This document shows positions 1-8,948 of a stretch of 28,941 nt of DNA, piece after piece. The notes beneath the pieces were generated by a model. That model worked only from the letters and a program-made list of their open reading frames with translations, was not told where the DNA came from and did not search any database. The position numbers were made by a program, and so were the translations under genes. Source of the DNA: a virus (taxonomy: Duplodnaviria; Heunggongvirae; Uroviricota; Caudoviricetes); IMG/VR virus record IMGVR_UViG_3300049595_003752, positions 76,163 through 105,103 of that record; one strand, given 5' to 3'. Every line of letters starts with the position of its first letter. The stretch's first letter is position 1.

Positions 1-498
1 TACCGAAGATAAGGGTGTGATATAATCTATATCCCAACCGTAATTTAACTCACCGTTATATAAACCGTAATTATCCCAAGACATCCAATCTTCAAATTTA
101 GATTCTAAATGTCTTTTAAAATCTTCAAATGAACAACCTAAAATTTGATTTGCTTTTACTTGTGAAGTGTATTTTTTTCTTTTAAGACTTTGTTTAACCT
201 GATTTTTTATTTTAATGGATAATTTAAACAAGGGATTATTTTTTCTTTTTAGTTTTTGATACTCTACACTATTTTTTACTATTTTTTCTTTATTACTTGA
301 ATAATACTTTTCCCAGTAATTTGAATTATTGTCCTTCCATAACTTATTATATTCAGTCAACTTATCTTTATTTATTTTTTTATAAGTTTTTTGGTAATTT
401 TTTCTTTTTTCTTTATATTCAGGGTCATTTTTTTTACTAAGATAATGTTGTTTTCTTTTTTCTAAAATATCTTTTTTATTTCTTTCGTAGTAAGTCAT
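1..498 (-). CDS. HNH-type (homing) endonuclease family protein, 3'-truncated by the window edge; not in the supplied ORF track
   Basis: Manual translation: ATG at 498, open to position 1 (166 codons). MTYYERNKK...K/E-rich helix...LGCSFEDFKRHLESKFEDWMSWDNYG...GWDIDYITPLSS. Same family as 26561 (HLELRFQEGMSWDNYGRWHVDHIKP). Confidence 0.8.
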   Translation of the reverse strand, partial: MTYYERNKKDILEKRKQHYLSKKNDPEYKEKRKNYQKTYKKINKDKLTEYNKLWKDNNSNYWEKYYSSNKEKIVKNSVEYQKLKRKNNPLFKLSIKIKNQVKQSLKRKKYTSQVKANQILGCSFEDFKRHLESKFEDWMSWDNYGLYNGELNYGWDIDYITPLSSV

Positions 499-526
499 AA
501 AATAATCTTCTTTTTCATTCTTTTTA

Positions 527-547
527 ATAAATATCTCGAATATTTAT
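527..547. promoter_or_regulatory. Back-to-back ATATTTAT motifs (ATAAATAT-ctcga-ATATTTAT) serving divergent genes
   Basis: 8-nt inverted repeat at 527-534 and 540-547 between the divergent ORFs starting at 498(-) and 555(+). Confidence 0.6.
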
Positions 548-554
548 AATGTAG

Positions 555-1376
555 ATGAAAAAGGCTACACAAATAAAAGAAATTAGTAAAGTTACTAAAA
601 GTGATAGGTATGTAGATTTAACAGGTTTTAAAATGCAAGATGATTTAAATCCTAAAATTTGGGATAAAAATCAAAAATTACGTCCTGAAATTAGAAAAAA
701 CTTACTTAAAATTGCTGACGATTATATTGAAAGTTTAGAAATTGAAAATCTTGACATTGATGACGTTACTTTTACAGGTAGTTTAGCGAATTATAATTGG
801 TCACAATACTCTGATGTTGATTTACACATTCTTATTGATTATAAGGAAATCCCTGTCGATGAGACCTTAGTTCAAGATTTTTTAAAATCTAAAAGTACGG
901 CATGGAATCAAAATCATGATATAAAAATTTATGGTTATGATGTTGAACTTTACGTTCAGGATATATCAGAAGAACATGTTTCAACTGGTGTTTATTCCAT
1001 TTTAAAAAATGAATGGATAGTACAACCTGAAAAAAAAGTTATCACTGTTGATGATAAAAACGTAAGGCTAAAAGCTAATCGTATAATGGATTCAATTGAT
1101 GATTTATACGATGAAATGAAAAAATCAAAAAATTACGACGATGTTGTAATTAAATCAGATAAAATAAAAGATAAAATTAAAAAAATGCGTCAAGCTGGTT
1201 TAGATGAGGCAGGTGAATTTTCAGTAGAAAACATGGTCTTTAAAGTATTAAGACGTAATGGTATGTTGGAAAGACTTTCTGATATCAAAACTGTGGCTTA
1301 CGATAAATCTGTTACGTTAGAAAATAACAGATATTTATATAAAAAAATATTAAAAAATGGCATGTCGTTGTTATAA
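555..1376 (+). CDS. Pol-beta superfamily nucleotidyltransferase
   Basis: GSLANYNWSQYSDVDLH (GS...DxD signature), a likely third acidic residue in DVELYVQD, and a helical C-terminal region. Confidence 0.8.
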   Translation: MKKATQIKEISKVTKSDRYVDLTGFKMQDDLNPKIWDKNQKLRPEIRKNLLKIADDYIESLEIENLDIDDVTFTGSLANYNWSQYSDVDLHILIDYKEIPVDETLVQDFLKSKSTAWNQNHDIKIYGYDVELYVQDISEEHVSTGVYSILKNEWIVQPEKKVITVDDKNVRLKANRIMDSIDDLYDEMKKSKNYDDVVIKSDKIKDKIKKMRQAGLDEAGEFSVENMVFKVLRRNGMLERLSDIKTVAYDKSVTLENNRYLYKKILKNGMSLL

Positions 1377-1716
1377 AATAGTTCAAGGTGGCTCAGGAGC
1401 CTGTGACTTTGATTATATAGATTGTAATGGTGTTTCAGGTACAACTAGTTTTCTTGCTGAATCAACAAATTATATTTGTATTAGGTCGGTTACAAGTTCT
1501 ACTTGTGATTCTTATACAGATAACGCACCTTGTTATAATGGTGTTTGTTTAACTGGTACAACTGACCAATTATTATACGGTTTATTAAACACATTGGGAC
1601 CTTGTCCTGATATCTGTGACGGAACAACCCCTGTTGGTGGTCCTGCTGGCATTGGCCTTGTTGATATTAAAACAGGTCGAGCTTTAAAACCTAACGGTGA
1701 ATCTTACTTACCTTAA
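1357..1716 (+). CDS. Small Cys-rich protein (one repeat unit plus conserved C-terminal module), probable virion surface protein
   Basis: MACRCY...YIDCNG...C...PCYNGVC unit. C-terminus DQLLY..L.T.GPCPDIC...GGP.GI...DIK.G..L is shared with 1725..4031. ATATTTAT at 1331-1338. Confidence 0.7.
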   Translation: MACRCYKIVQGGSGACDFDYIDCNGVSGTTSFLAESTNYICIRSVTSSTCDSYTDNAPCYNGVCLTGTTDQLLYGLLNTLGPCPDICDGTTPVGGPAGIGLVDIKTGRALKPNGESYLP

Positions 1717-1724
1717 TTTAAAAT

Positions 1725-4031
1725 ATGGCCTGTAATCTCTATTCAGTTATACTACCACCCTCCAGTACTAATCAATACAACATTTTAGATTGTTCTGGTA
1801 ATACACAATCAAAATTATATTTACCATTCGGTGGTGGTGAAATTAAATTTTGTGCTAACGAAATTGTAGAATTTACAGGAGCCACACCTTCTGTAACTTC
1901 AGGGGCTTGTCAAAGTAATTGTACATGTTTTACAACTAATTTATTAACAAATGAAAGTAATTTAACTAATTTAACTTATGTAGATTGTAACAACAATTAT
2001 TATGTTGATAAGGGACCTGCGTTTGCTCCTGATAAACAAATCTTAAATGCTCAACCAGGTGAATTTTTTGATTTTTGTGCTTTATATGTTTCTGTAAACA
2101 CCAGAGGTTGGTCTGTTACTAATAATGGTGATTGTGAAACTGGTTGTACTTTTTGTCGATGTATAATTGTTAGTAATACAACCAGCGAACTGACCGAAAA
2201 TTTTACTTATACTGATTGTAACGGTAGCCCAAATTTAGTCACACTTAATCCTAAAGAAACAATCACTTTTTGTGGGTTAGATACAGATATTACTGTTGCA
2301 CAGTCTACCAACAATTTAGCGGTTAACTACGGTAATCAATGTGTTGATGATCCAGGTGCTGATTATCCTTTTAAATGCCCTTGTAAGTGTACAACATTTT
2401 CTAATGACACACAAGCGTATAATGATGATGTTTATTTACTTTATACTGACTGTGATAACAACACCAACACAATACAACCAAATATAAGTACAAAATTTGA
2501 AACTATTACTTGTGTTCAAAATTTTGTGTCCATAATTCCTGGAATTCCGAATGATAGACCAGAACCAAATGCTTGGTCTGCAACATATCAATCAGATTGT
2601 ACAGATGGTTCGTGCCCTTGTTATTGTTATAGTATTTTCAACGATGGACCTGAATTTTCACTTGGTTATGTAGATTGTGGTGCGACTGGAACAACAATTC
2701 ATACTATTTACAATTCCTTTTTCGGTATAAATACTTCTTTTTGTAGTCCTTCAATTATTACTCAACAAGACATAACTGAATTATCAACCAACAGCAAATT
2801 ATACACAGGTAATACTTGTTCTAGTGGTAGTTGTGTTTGTAATTGTTATAGTTTGACAAATAATAATGGTTTTAGAACACAACCTAAATATATCGATTGT
2901 AACGGTAATTTACAAACTATATCATTAGAAGATGGGGAAACACAAAAAGTTTGTAGCATTGGTTTAAGTTATAGTGATACTGAAAATATAGATATAATAA
3001 ATGAAGGTCCTTGTATTGATGGTGAATGTCCATCCACACCAATAACTGGTGATTGTACTTGTTATTATGTTATATCAACAAATGGTCTTGAAACTATAGA
3101 TGTTTCAATAGTAGATTGTGACAATATTCCCAATGTTTTAACTTTAACAGAAGGTAAAGGTTTTTGTGCGAAAAGTTATATTTCAGCTAGTGAAGTGGGT
3201 AGTTTAATAGGTAGGAGTAATGGTTTATGTACAGGGGGTGAATGCCCTCAAAATGTTAATTGTTACAATATAGATGCTGGTGGAAGTTCAGATGTTCAAA
3301 CATATTATATTGATCCCGAAGGAATTGTTAGTTTAATATCAGAACCTGGTCCCGTTAGTTTTTGTGCAAAAGTTGTTTTAACTGAATATGATAGTACGGG
3401 AAATCCTGTCGGTAATGAACTGGGTACTGTTACAAATACAGGTGATTGTATTTTTAACGAAACTGAAGGTCTTTATAACTGTCCGGCACCTTGTTATTGT
3501 CTTTATTCATTCAATTCTACGTTTGTTGATTACATTAACTGTAATTACGAATCTGTAACTTTATCTTTAAGTCCAGGATTTAATAAAATTTGTGCACAAT
3601 CCGTGATTAGTTCTGATGGTACTTTTTTTGATAGTGGGTTACTTTGTGATAATAATAGATGTCCTAATTACTGTTGTAATTGTTATACTATTACTAATTT
3701 AGGGTCAAGACCATTTATCGGTTTTACTTATTTAACATGTGATTTAACTATGTCAGAACCGTATGATATTCCGGCAAGTGAATCTTTAACAGTTTGTGCA
3801 TTAAACGTACCTCCTGATGCTAATGGAGGGGCAGCCAGATATAGCGTGACTTTAAACGGACCTTGTTACAATGGACAATGTGTAGATACAATGTCAATTC
3901 AAGATCAATTATTATATGACATTTTAACAACATACGGACCTTGTCCTGATATATGTTGTGGTAAAAACGAAGGTTTTGGTGGTCCAGTTGGTATCGATAT
4001 CAACGACATCAAATCTGGTAAAGTTCTATAA
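1725..4031 (+). CDS. Cys-rich tandem-repeat protein (about 10 units of roughly 60-80 aa), probable fibre/decoration protein
   Basis: Repeating C-x-CY...Y(V/I/T)DC...C...G-x-C-x-x-G-x-C pattern. Shares N- and C-terminal modules with 1357..1716. Structural role is inferred. Confidence 0.7.
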   Translation: MACNLYSVILPPSSTNQYNILDCSGNTQSKLYLPFGGGEIKFCANEIVEFTGATPSVTSGACQSNCTCFTTNLLTNESNLTNLTYVDCNNNYYVDKGPAFAPDKQILNAQPGEFFDFCALYVSVNTRGWSVTNNGDCETGCTFCRCIIVSNTTSELTENFTYTDCNGSPNLVTLNPKETITFCGLDTDITVAQSTNNLAVNYGNQCVDDPGADYPFKCPCKCTTFSNDTQAYNDDVYLLYTDCDNNTNTIQPNISTKFETITCVQNFVSIIPGIPNDRPEPNAWSATYQSDCTDGSCPCYCYSIFNDGPEFSLGYVDCGATGTTIHTIYNSFFGINTSFCSPSIITQQDITELSTNSKLYTGNTCSSGSCVCNCYSLTNNNGFRTQPKYIDCNGNLQTISLEDGETQKVCSIGLSYSDTENIDIINEGPCIDGECPSTPITGDCTCYYVISTNGLETIDVSIVDCDNIPNVLTLTEGKGFCAKSYISASEVGSLIGRSNGLCTGGECPQNVNCYNIDAGGSSDVQTYYIDPEGIVSLISEPGPVSFCAKVVLTEYDSTGNPVGNELGTVTNTGDCIFNETEGLYNCPAPCYCLYSFNSTFVDYINCNYESVTLSLSPGFNKICAQSVISSDGTFFDSGLLCDNNRCPNYCCNCYTITNLGSRPFIGFTYLTCDLTMSEPYDIPASESLTVCALNVPPDANGGAARYSVTLNGPCYNGQCVDTMSIQDQLLYDILTTYGPCPDICCGKNEGFGGPVGIDINDIKSGKVL

Positions 4032-4133
4032 TCCTATTTATCTTAACTATAATGGTATAATTACCGCATTTAGTGCATATTTATTAAGAAATAATGGAAA
4101 TATGCCAGTAACTCATTTTAATTATATAAAAAT

Positions 4134-6668
4134 ATGAAAAATATAACAAATAAAGATTTACAAAGAATGATAAGTTTAATGGGTAATAAAAAACCTATTA
4201 CTGAAAATAAAATTCATTCATCTCTTGAATTAATCAAAAAATCTCCAAACGGCAAATATTATGGTGTTGTTAGAGAAACAAAAAAATACTATATAAAAGA
4301 ATCTAATGATGGTTCTAATTTTGATTTTATCGGCGGTGTTGCTAATAAAATTAAAAATCAGTTTGAATCTTACGAACAAGCTGTTAGAAAACTTAATTTA
4401 ATGTTAGAAGATACTGATGTATTAACTCCAGACATTATTCAAGAAAAAAAGTTTGTTATTAAAACAAAAAAGAAAAAATCTGTTGAGCCTAAAGCTGAAG
4501 AAACACCTGAAGGTGGGGGTGATTTTAGTTTTGGTGGTGAGGAAACTGAAAGTGAAGAAGAAGGTGGTGATTTTGGCAGTGAAGAAGGTGGTGAAGATTT
4601 TAATTTTGGTGGTGAAGAAGAAACAGAAGAAAGTGATGAGTTTGGTGGTGAAGAAGAAACAGAAGGTGGAGAAGATTTTGAATTTGGTGGTGAAGAAGAA
4701 GAAAGTACTGAGGATACTGAAGAAGAAACCGACGAAGATTTAGATTTAGAAGACGAGGGTGAAGATTCTATTAAATACATTCAAAAAATGACTGGTAAAT
4801 TAGGTCAAAAACTTAGAGATACTGAAGATTTATCATCGGATACAATGAAATGGGTTGCTAAAAGTGTTCTTTCAGCATTAGACCTTGACCAAATGGATTC
4901 TGAAGATAAAAAAGATATTATTCGTACTGTTAAAAAGAAAAAAGAAGAAAGTTCTGACGAAGAATTTGATTTCATGAACGACAAACAAGTTATGTCAACA
5001 CCAATCATGACTTATATGTCTAATGACGATATGGTCGATTGGAATAAATTGTCTGACCAAGAAAAGGCTCAAATTGTTAATAACGGTGATGATGATTTAA
5101 TGGATATGGAAGAAACAAACACTTGTTCACACTGTAATGGTTTAGGTCTTGATGATATGACAGGTGAAGAATGTGAGTGGTGTATGGGAACTGGTGTTGA
5201 AGACATGGAAGATTATATGATGGATTCAAAAGAAGAAGATGATATGTACGGACCTGGTGAAGATAAAATTGAAAGTGGTGAAGAAATATTATCTGATGAT
5301 AATTGTTCTTATGGTAGTGACCGTAATCAACCTTACTATGGTGAAACTGAAATGGAAGGTTATCCAGGTATGGAAGAAGACTGGATGTCTGATAAAAAAG
5401 ACTACATGTCAAGATTCGCTAAAAACGTTAAACGTTCAGTCCAAGGTAAAAAAATGGATGAAGAAGAACTTGATTCTCATTTAAGAAAAATTAAAAATAA
5501 ATTAGGTGGTTCAGATATTAGTATAGATGACAATAAAGTTGTAGGTAGATTTGGTTACGTTGACGTAAAGTCTAATGGTTATACAGTTCATTTAGAAGGT
5601 CAAAAATTTGGTAAAACTTTTCAATTCAATGAATTAGGTAAATTACACGATTATGTTAGAGAAATGGGTGAAGATTATATGGATGACCCATATATGATGC
5701 CTCAACCAGCTCCAGCAAGACCTCAGACAAGACCTGATACACCTACAAAACCTGCTAAACCAGGTACCGATAAACCAAGTCCTTCAAAACGTCCTTTTAC
5801 ACCTCCGCCTCATATTACACCTGGTGAAGAACCAAATCCTAAAGCAGGGTATGATGAATATGGTATGGAAAGTTACGGACCAACTGAAGGTATGGATTAT
5901 ATGGAAGATGATACTATAGAAATGTGTTCAGCCTGTGAAGGTAGAGGACATGAATATGGTCGTATAGGTTTTAATCGTCAAACAAACTTTTGTATTACTT
6001 GTGCAGGTACTGGTATGGTTCCTAGAATGGAAATTAATGGTGAGGTTGATGAGCCTTATACGGACGATGCTAACCCTATGTACGGTAATCAAACAAATAC
6101 TTTACCAAAAGGTATGGGTACTAGATACCAATACAAAGAAAAATTTACTTTTCCATTTGGTATGGGTGAAAATAGTAAACGTAACAAAAAAACTATTAAA
6201 GAAGACCATTTAAACAATAAAATGGCTTCTTATGAACAGGATATGGCTTACGAAGATGTTGAAGATATGGCTAGACAACACGGTATGGATGTTGAATTTT
6301 GTCACAAAGATATGGCTAAAGACCCTGAAGAACAAACCATTTATTTGGATTTAATGAAAAAGGGTAAGGTTGTGGCTAAGATTAGAATTAACACGGCAGG
6401 TGATATTGAAATGGGTGGTATGAAAGGTAAAGTTTTTAAAGGTGAACCAGTTGACTCTCATTCAGATTTTGACGAAGTTTTAGATGAAAAAGGAATAAAA
6501 ATGATGCCTCAACCAGCTCCAGCAAGACCACAAACAAGACCTGAAACACCTGTTAAACCGGCAAAACCGGGAACAGATAAACCATCTCCATCTAAGAGAC
6601 CGTTTACACCTCCGCCTCATATTACACCTGGTGAAGAACCAAATCCTAAGGCAAGATATAGAAGATAA
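4134..6668 (+). CDS. Large acidic multidomain phage protein (probable head-core/internal protein) with two CxxCxGxG pairs and a duplicated Pro-rich module
   Basis: 844-aa ORF after ATATTTAT (4077-4084). GGEE/DFxFGG low-complexity tract, CSHCNGLG/CEWCMGTG and CSACEGRG/CITCAGTG motifs, and a 51-aa duplicated segment. Confidence 0.65.
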   Translation: MKNITNKDLQRMISLMGNKKPITENKIHSSLELIKKSPNGKYYGVVRETKKYYIKESNDGSNFDFIGGVANKIKNQFESYEQAVRKLNLMLEDTDVLTPDIIQEKKFVIKTKKKKSVEPKAEETPEGGGDFSFGGEETESEEEGGDFGSEEGGEDFNFGGEEETEESDEFGGEEETEGGEDFEFGGEEEESTEDTEEETDEDLDLEDEGEDSIKYIQKMTGKLGQKLRDTEDLSSDTMKWVAKSVLSALDLDQMDSEDKKDIIRTVKKKKEESSDEEFDFMNDKQVMSTPIMTYMSNDDMVDWNKLSDQEKAQIVNNGDDDLMDMEETNTCSHCNGLGLDDMTGEECEWCMGTGVEDMEDYMMDSKEEDDMYGPGEDKIESGEEILSDDNCSYGSDRNQPYYGETEMEGYPGMEEDWMSDKKDYMSRFAKNVKRSVQGKKMDEEELDSHLRKIKNKLGGSDISIDDNKVVGRFGYVDVKSNGYTVHLEGQKFGKTFQFNELGKLHDYVREMGEDYMDDPYMMPQPAPARPQTRPDTPTKPAKPGTDKPSPSKRPFTPPPHITPGEEPNPKAGYDEYGMESYGPTEGMDYMEDDTIEMCSACEGRGHEYGRIGFNRQTNFCITCAGTGMVPRMEINGEVDEPYTDDANPMYGNQTNTLPKGMGTRYQYKEKFTFPFGMGENSKRNKKTIKEDHLNNKMASYEQDMAYEDVEDMARQHGMDVEFCHKDMAKDPEEQTIYLDLMKKGKVVAKIRINTAGDIEMGGMKGKVFKGEPVDSHSDFDEVLDEKGIKMMPQPAPARPQTRPETPVKPAKPGTDKPSPSKRPFTPPPHITPGEEPNPKARYRR
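4513..4760 (+). repeat. Degenerate coding repeats (ggtggtgaagaagaa; GGEE/DFxFGG)
   Basis: Repeated GGEEE and DF(S/N/E)FGG units in the 844-aa ORF. Boundaries approximate. Confidence 0.7.
5694..5846 (+). repeat. Copy 1 of 153-nt/51-aa Pro-rich direct repeat
   Basis: MMPQPAPARPQTRPDTPTKPAKPGTDKPSPSKRPFTPPPHITPGEEPNPKA. Copy 2 is at 6501-6653. Confidence 0.95.
6501..6653 (+). repeat. Copy 2 of 153-nt/51-aa Pro-rich direct repeat
   Basis: 49/51 aa identical to copy 1 (D>E, T>V). Confidence 0.95.
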
Positions 6669-7084
6669 TGAAAGAATTGTATTTAATATACATAAATAAA
6701 ATCGGAACGAACTTTAGAGGGGAGCACATTTTTGAGTTCCTCTTTTCAGATCGAACTAATTACGATTGGGATGAAACTTGGTATGAATCTTCTGTTGTTA
6801 CCGATAAAAATGATTTGACTCCAGACCCAAGTTTTATTAAACTTGTTGGTGGTTTAAAAACTCCTGAATTAGATTTAGAATTAATTCAAAATTCGGGTGT
6901 ATTTCAAATTTATAATGCAGTAGAAGGTATTATTGCATTAGGTTGGGAAAAACTACAAGACGACCAAGACTACCCTGAAGAAAGGTTGGTTTTTAGATTT
7001 GGTGAAACCAAAGAATCAGTAGAAGAAAAGTTATATTCTCTTGATTTGGTTTTAAATTATGATGAAAGTAAAGTTAAAAATTAA
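6668..7084 (+). CDS. Hypothetical phage protein
   Basis: 138-aa ORF, coupled by TAATG overlaps on both sides. Confidence 0.8.
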   Translation: MKELYLIYINKIGTNFRGEHIFEFLFSDRTNYDWDETWYESSVVTDKNDLTPDPSFIKLVGGLKTPELDLELIQNSGVFQIYNAVEGIIALGWEKLQDDQDYPEERLVFRFGETKESVEEKLYSLDLVLNYDESKVKN

Positions 7085-8826
7085 TGTCTAAAAAATACAT
7101 AAAAGAGGCTGACGAAAATTTTGATAGTAAAGTTGCTGCCGTAGATGAAAAACTTAAAAACTTAAACGAAAAATTGATAGAACTTAATAAAAGAATATCT
7201 AACAGTAAAACAGAAGCGACGGCAGCAAATTCTCAAGCTAATAAAGCGGTAGGTGTTAATCCTGAGGCTCAAACACAGGATAAAAAAATGAAAATGGCAC
7301 AAGCAGCAAAGTCAATAGCTGATTCAAGGTATTATCAAGAAGAACTTAAAAAAATTAAAAATGAGATTAGTTTGGTAAACCAAGAAAAATCTGATTTATT
7401 AAAAAATAAAAATACTCAAACAGAAAATATAATGGCAAAATTAACAAAAAAAGATATTCTTAAAATGGTTGAATCCAGTGAACCCGCTAGAATGACAAAA
7501 AGAGAATTAGTAGAATCTGTTACTAACAGATTGTTACTATCTGAAGATATGAATGACGATTTAAGACGTAAAATTGAACGTGGTGAACACGATTATTCGG
7601 AACATATAGATCCTGAAACTGTTAAAAGAATGTCTGACGAAATTGTTAGAGCTGCCAAAGAAAATATTGAATCAAGAGGTGGTAGAGCTAACCTTGAGGG
7701 GGCTCAAGAATTAATGTCCCGTGGTTTAATGGGTGCGTTACAAAAAGAAGCACGTCACAAAAGAGAATTAGAACAATTAGCTATTAAATTAGTTAGTGAA
7801 GAATACGGTGTACCCCAAGACGCGGTTGATTTTGAGGCAAAAATTACTGGTCACCCACAGTTAGGTGGAGAAGAAATCCGTAAAACAGGTTTAAAAATGA
7901 GAAAAGGTGATAAGAGACCACCACAAGGTAAAACCGCTGAAGAATTAAAACCTAATGTTACAAAACGTAGATTAATGAATGCGATGATGCATGGTGCAGC
8001 ACGTAAAGGGCAAAATCTTTTCCATATGGCATCAGATGATTTACGTAGAATAGACCCAAGTTTAGCTCAAGATTATAGTAAACTTATGGCTGGTAATGAT
8101 TTTATGTATTGGGCATTAAGTGATGATACAATTGCACAAGAAAGTGAAAGTGGTGTACATGCTGGACAAGTAAAAGTTAGTCTTGCCGGACCAAAACCAA
8201 AAATTATTGCTCAAGGTATGACATTCCCTTTCTTACTTCATGAATTAACAAAAGGTGTGTTAGAATTAATTTCTTTACATGGCCTTGATGTTGATAAAGA
8301 AACAAGAGATTATGTTTTAGACAAAACCGATAATCTTGAATCTGAACCAATGGATATTCGTTTAGGTGTTAAAATTTGGGAAAAACTTTTAGAAACTATG
8401 GATGTTGACGCTTTACCTTATAAGGCTCAAATTTTTACTAGAATGTCTGAATTATCTCCTTCTGAATTTAATAACATTGTTAACGGATTGTTAAATGATT
8501 CTGAACAAGCAAAAGAAAAAGTTAGAGAGATTGTTTATGATGTTATTAGAGAAAATAATGAAGATGATGTTGAACAGGCTATGAAACAATTCCGTGAACC
8601 AGAAGGCCCAAGTCCTGATGATGAAGGCCCAGTAGCACCTGAAGGTCCAGATGATGAAGATGATGAATTAGCAAAACTTTTAGGTAAAAAAGGTGGTGAA
8701 GAAGAAGTTGACGACCCAAGAACTTGGTCTAAACGTGAACTTGAAAATGCTAGAGATGAGGCTTTAGATAATGAAGATTATAAAATGGTGGCTTTTTATC
8801 AAACTATTTTAGATGAAAAGTATTAA
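7084..8826 (+). CDS. Hypothetical phage protein (N-terminal coiled coil, acidic C-terminus), probably virion-associated
   Basis: 580-aa ORF with LxE/VES-type motifs (DILKMVES, RELVES, RLLLSE), followed by a terminator. Confidence 0.7.
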   Translation: MSKKYIKEADENFDSKVAAVDEKLKNLNEKLIELNKRISNSKTEATAANSQANKAVGVNPEAQTQDKKMKMAQAAKSIADSRYYQEELKKIKNEISLVNQEKSDLLKNKNTQTENIMAKLTKKDILKMVESSEPARMTKRELVESVTNRLLLSEDMNDDLRRKIERGEHDYSEHIDPETVKRMSDEIVRAAKENIESRGGRANLEGAQELMSRGLMGALQKEARHKRELEQLAIKLVSEEYGVPQDAVDFEAKITGHPQLGGEEIRKTGLKMRKGDKRPPQGKTAEELKPNVTKRRLMNAMMHGAARKGQNLFHMASDDLRRIDPSLAQDYSKLMAGNDFMYWALSDDTIAQESESGVHAGQVKVSLAGPKPKIIAQGMTFPFLLHELTKGVLELISLHGLDVDKETRDYVLDKTDNLESEPMDIRLGVKIWEKLLETMDVDALPYKAQIFTRMSELSPSEFNNIVNGLLNDSEQAKEKVREIVYDVIRENNEDDVEQAMKQFREPEGPSPDDEGPVAPEGPDDEDDELAKLLGKKGGEEEVDDPRTWSKRELENARDEALDNEDYKMVAFYQTILDEKY

Positions 8827-8876
8827 AAATCTTAGCGTTAGGACCGTTAAGTTATGAAGGTGAAAGCCCTCAAATT

Positions 8877-8908
8877 AAAACCCATCTTTCGCTCAGATGG
8901 GTTTTTTT
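8877..8908 (+). terminator. Intrinsic terminator
   Basis: aaaacccatct-ttcgctc-agatgggtttt followed by a T run. Confidence 0.85.
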
Positions 8909-8935
8909 ATGCTTTAGTTTCTAATTTAAATTCAG

Positions 8936-8943
8936 ATATTTAT
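8936..8943 (+). promoter_or_regulatory. Putative phage late promoter ATATTTAT (representative copy)
   Basis: Also at 540, 1331, 4077, 11740, 13640, 15613, 21003, 23022, 26548 and 27238 (+), and on the minus strand at 534, 22957 and 20989 (ATATTTAC), each upstream of a gene start. Confidence 0.7.
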
Positions 8944-8948
8944 TTGAT

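Noticed and set aside
1357-4031. Shared C-terminal DNA between the two Cys-rich genes as a DGR template/variable repeat pair
   Set aside because: Differences are not confined to adenines, both copies are coding, and there is no reverse transcriptase in the window.
4439-5484. Overlapping alternative-frame and antisense ORFs (4439-4780, 4453-4743, 4805-5008, 5077-5412, 5239-5484)
   Set aside because: Shadows of the GAA/GAT-rich low-complexity coding region of the 844-aa gene, with no independent signals.
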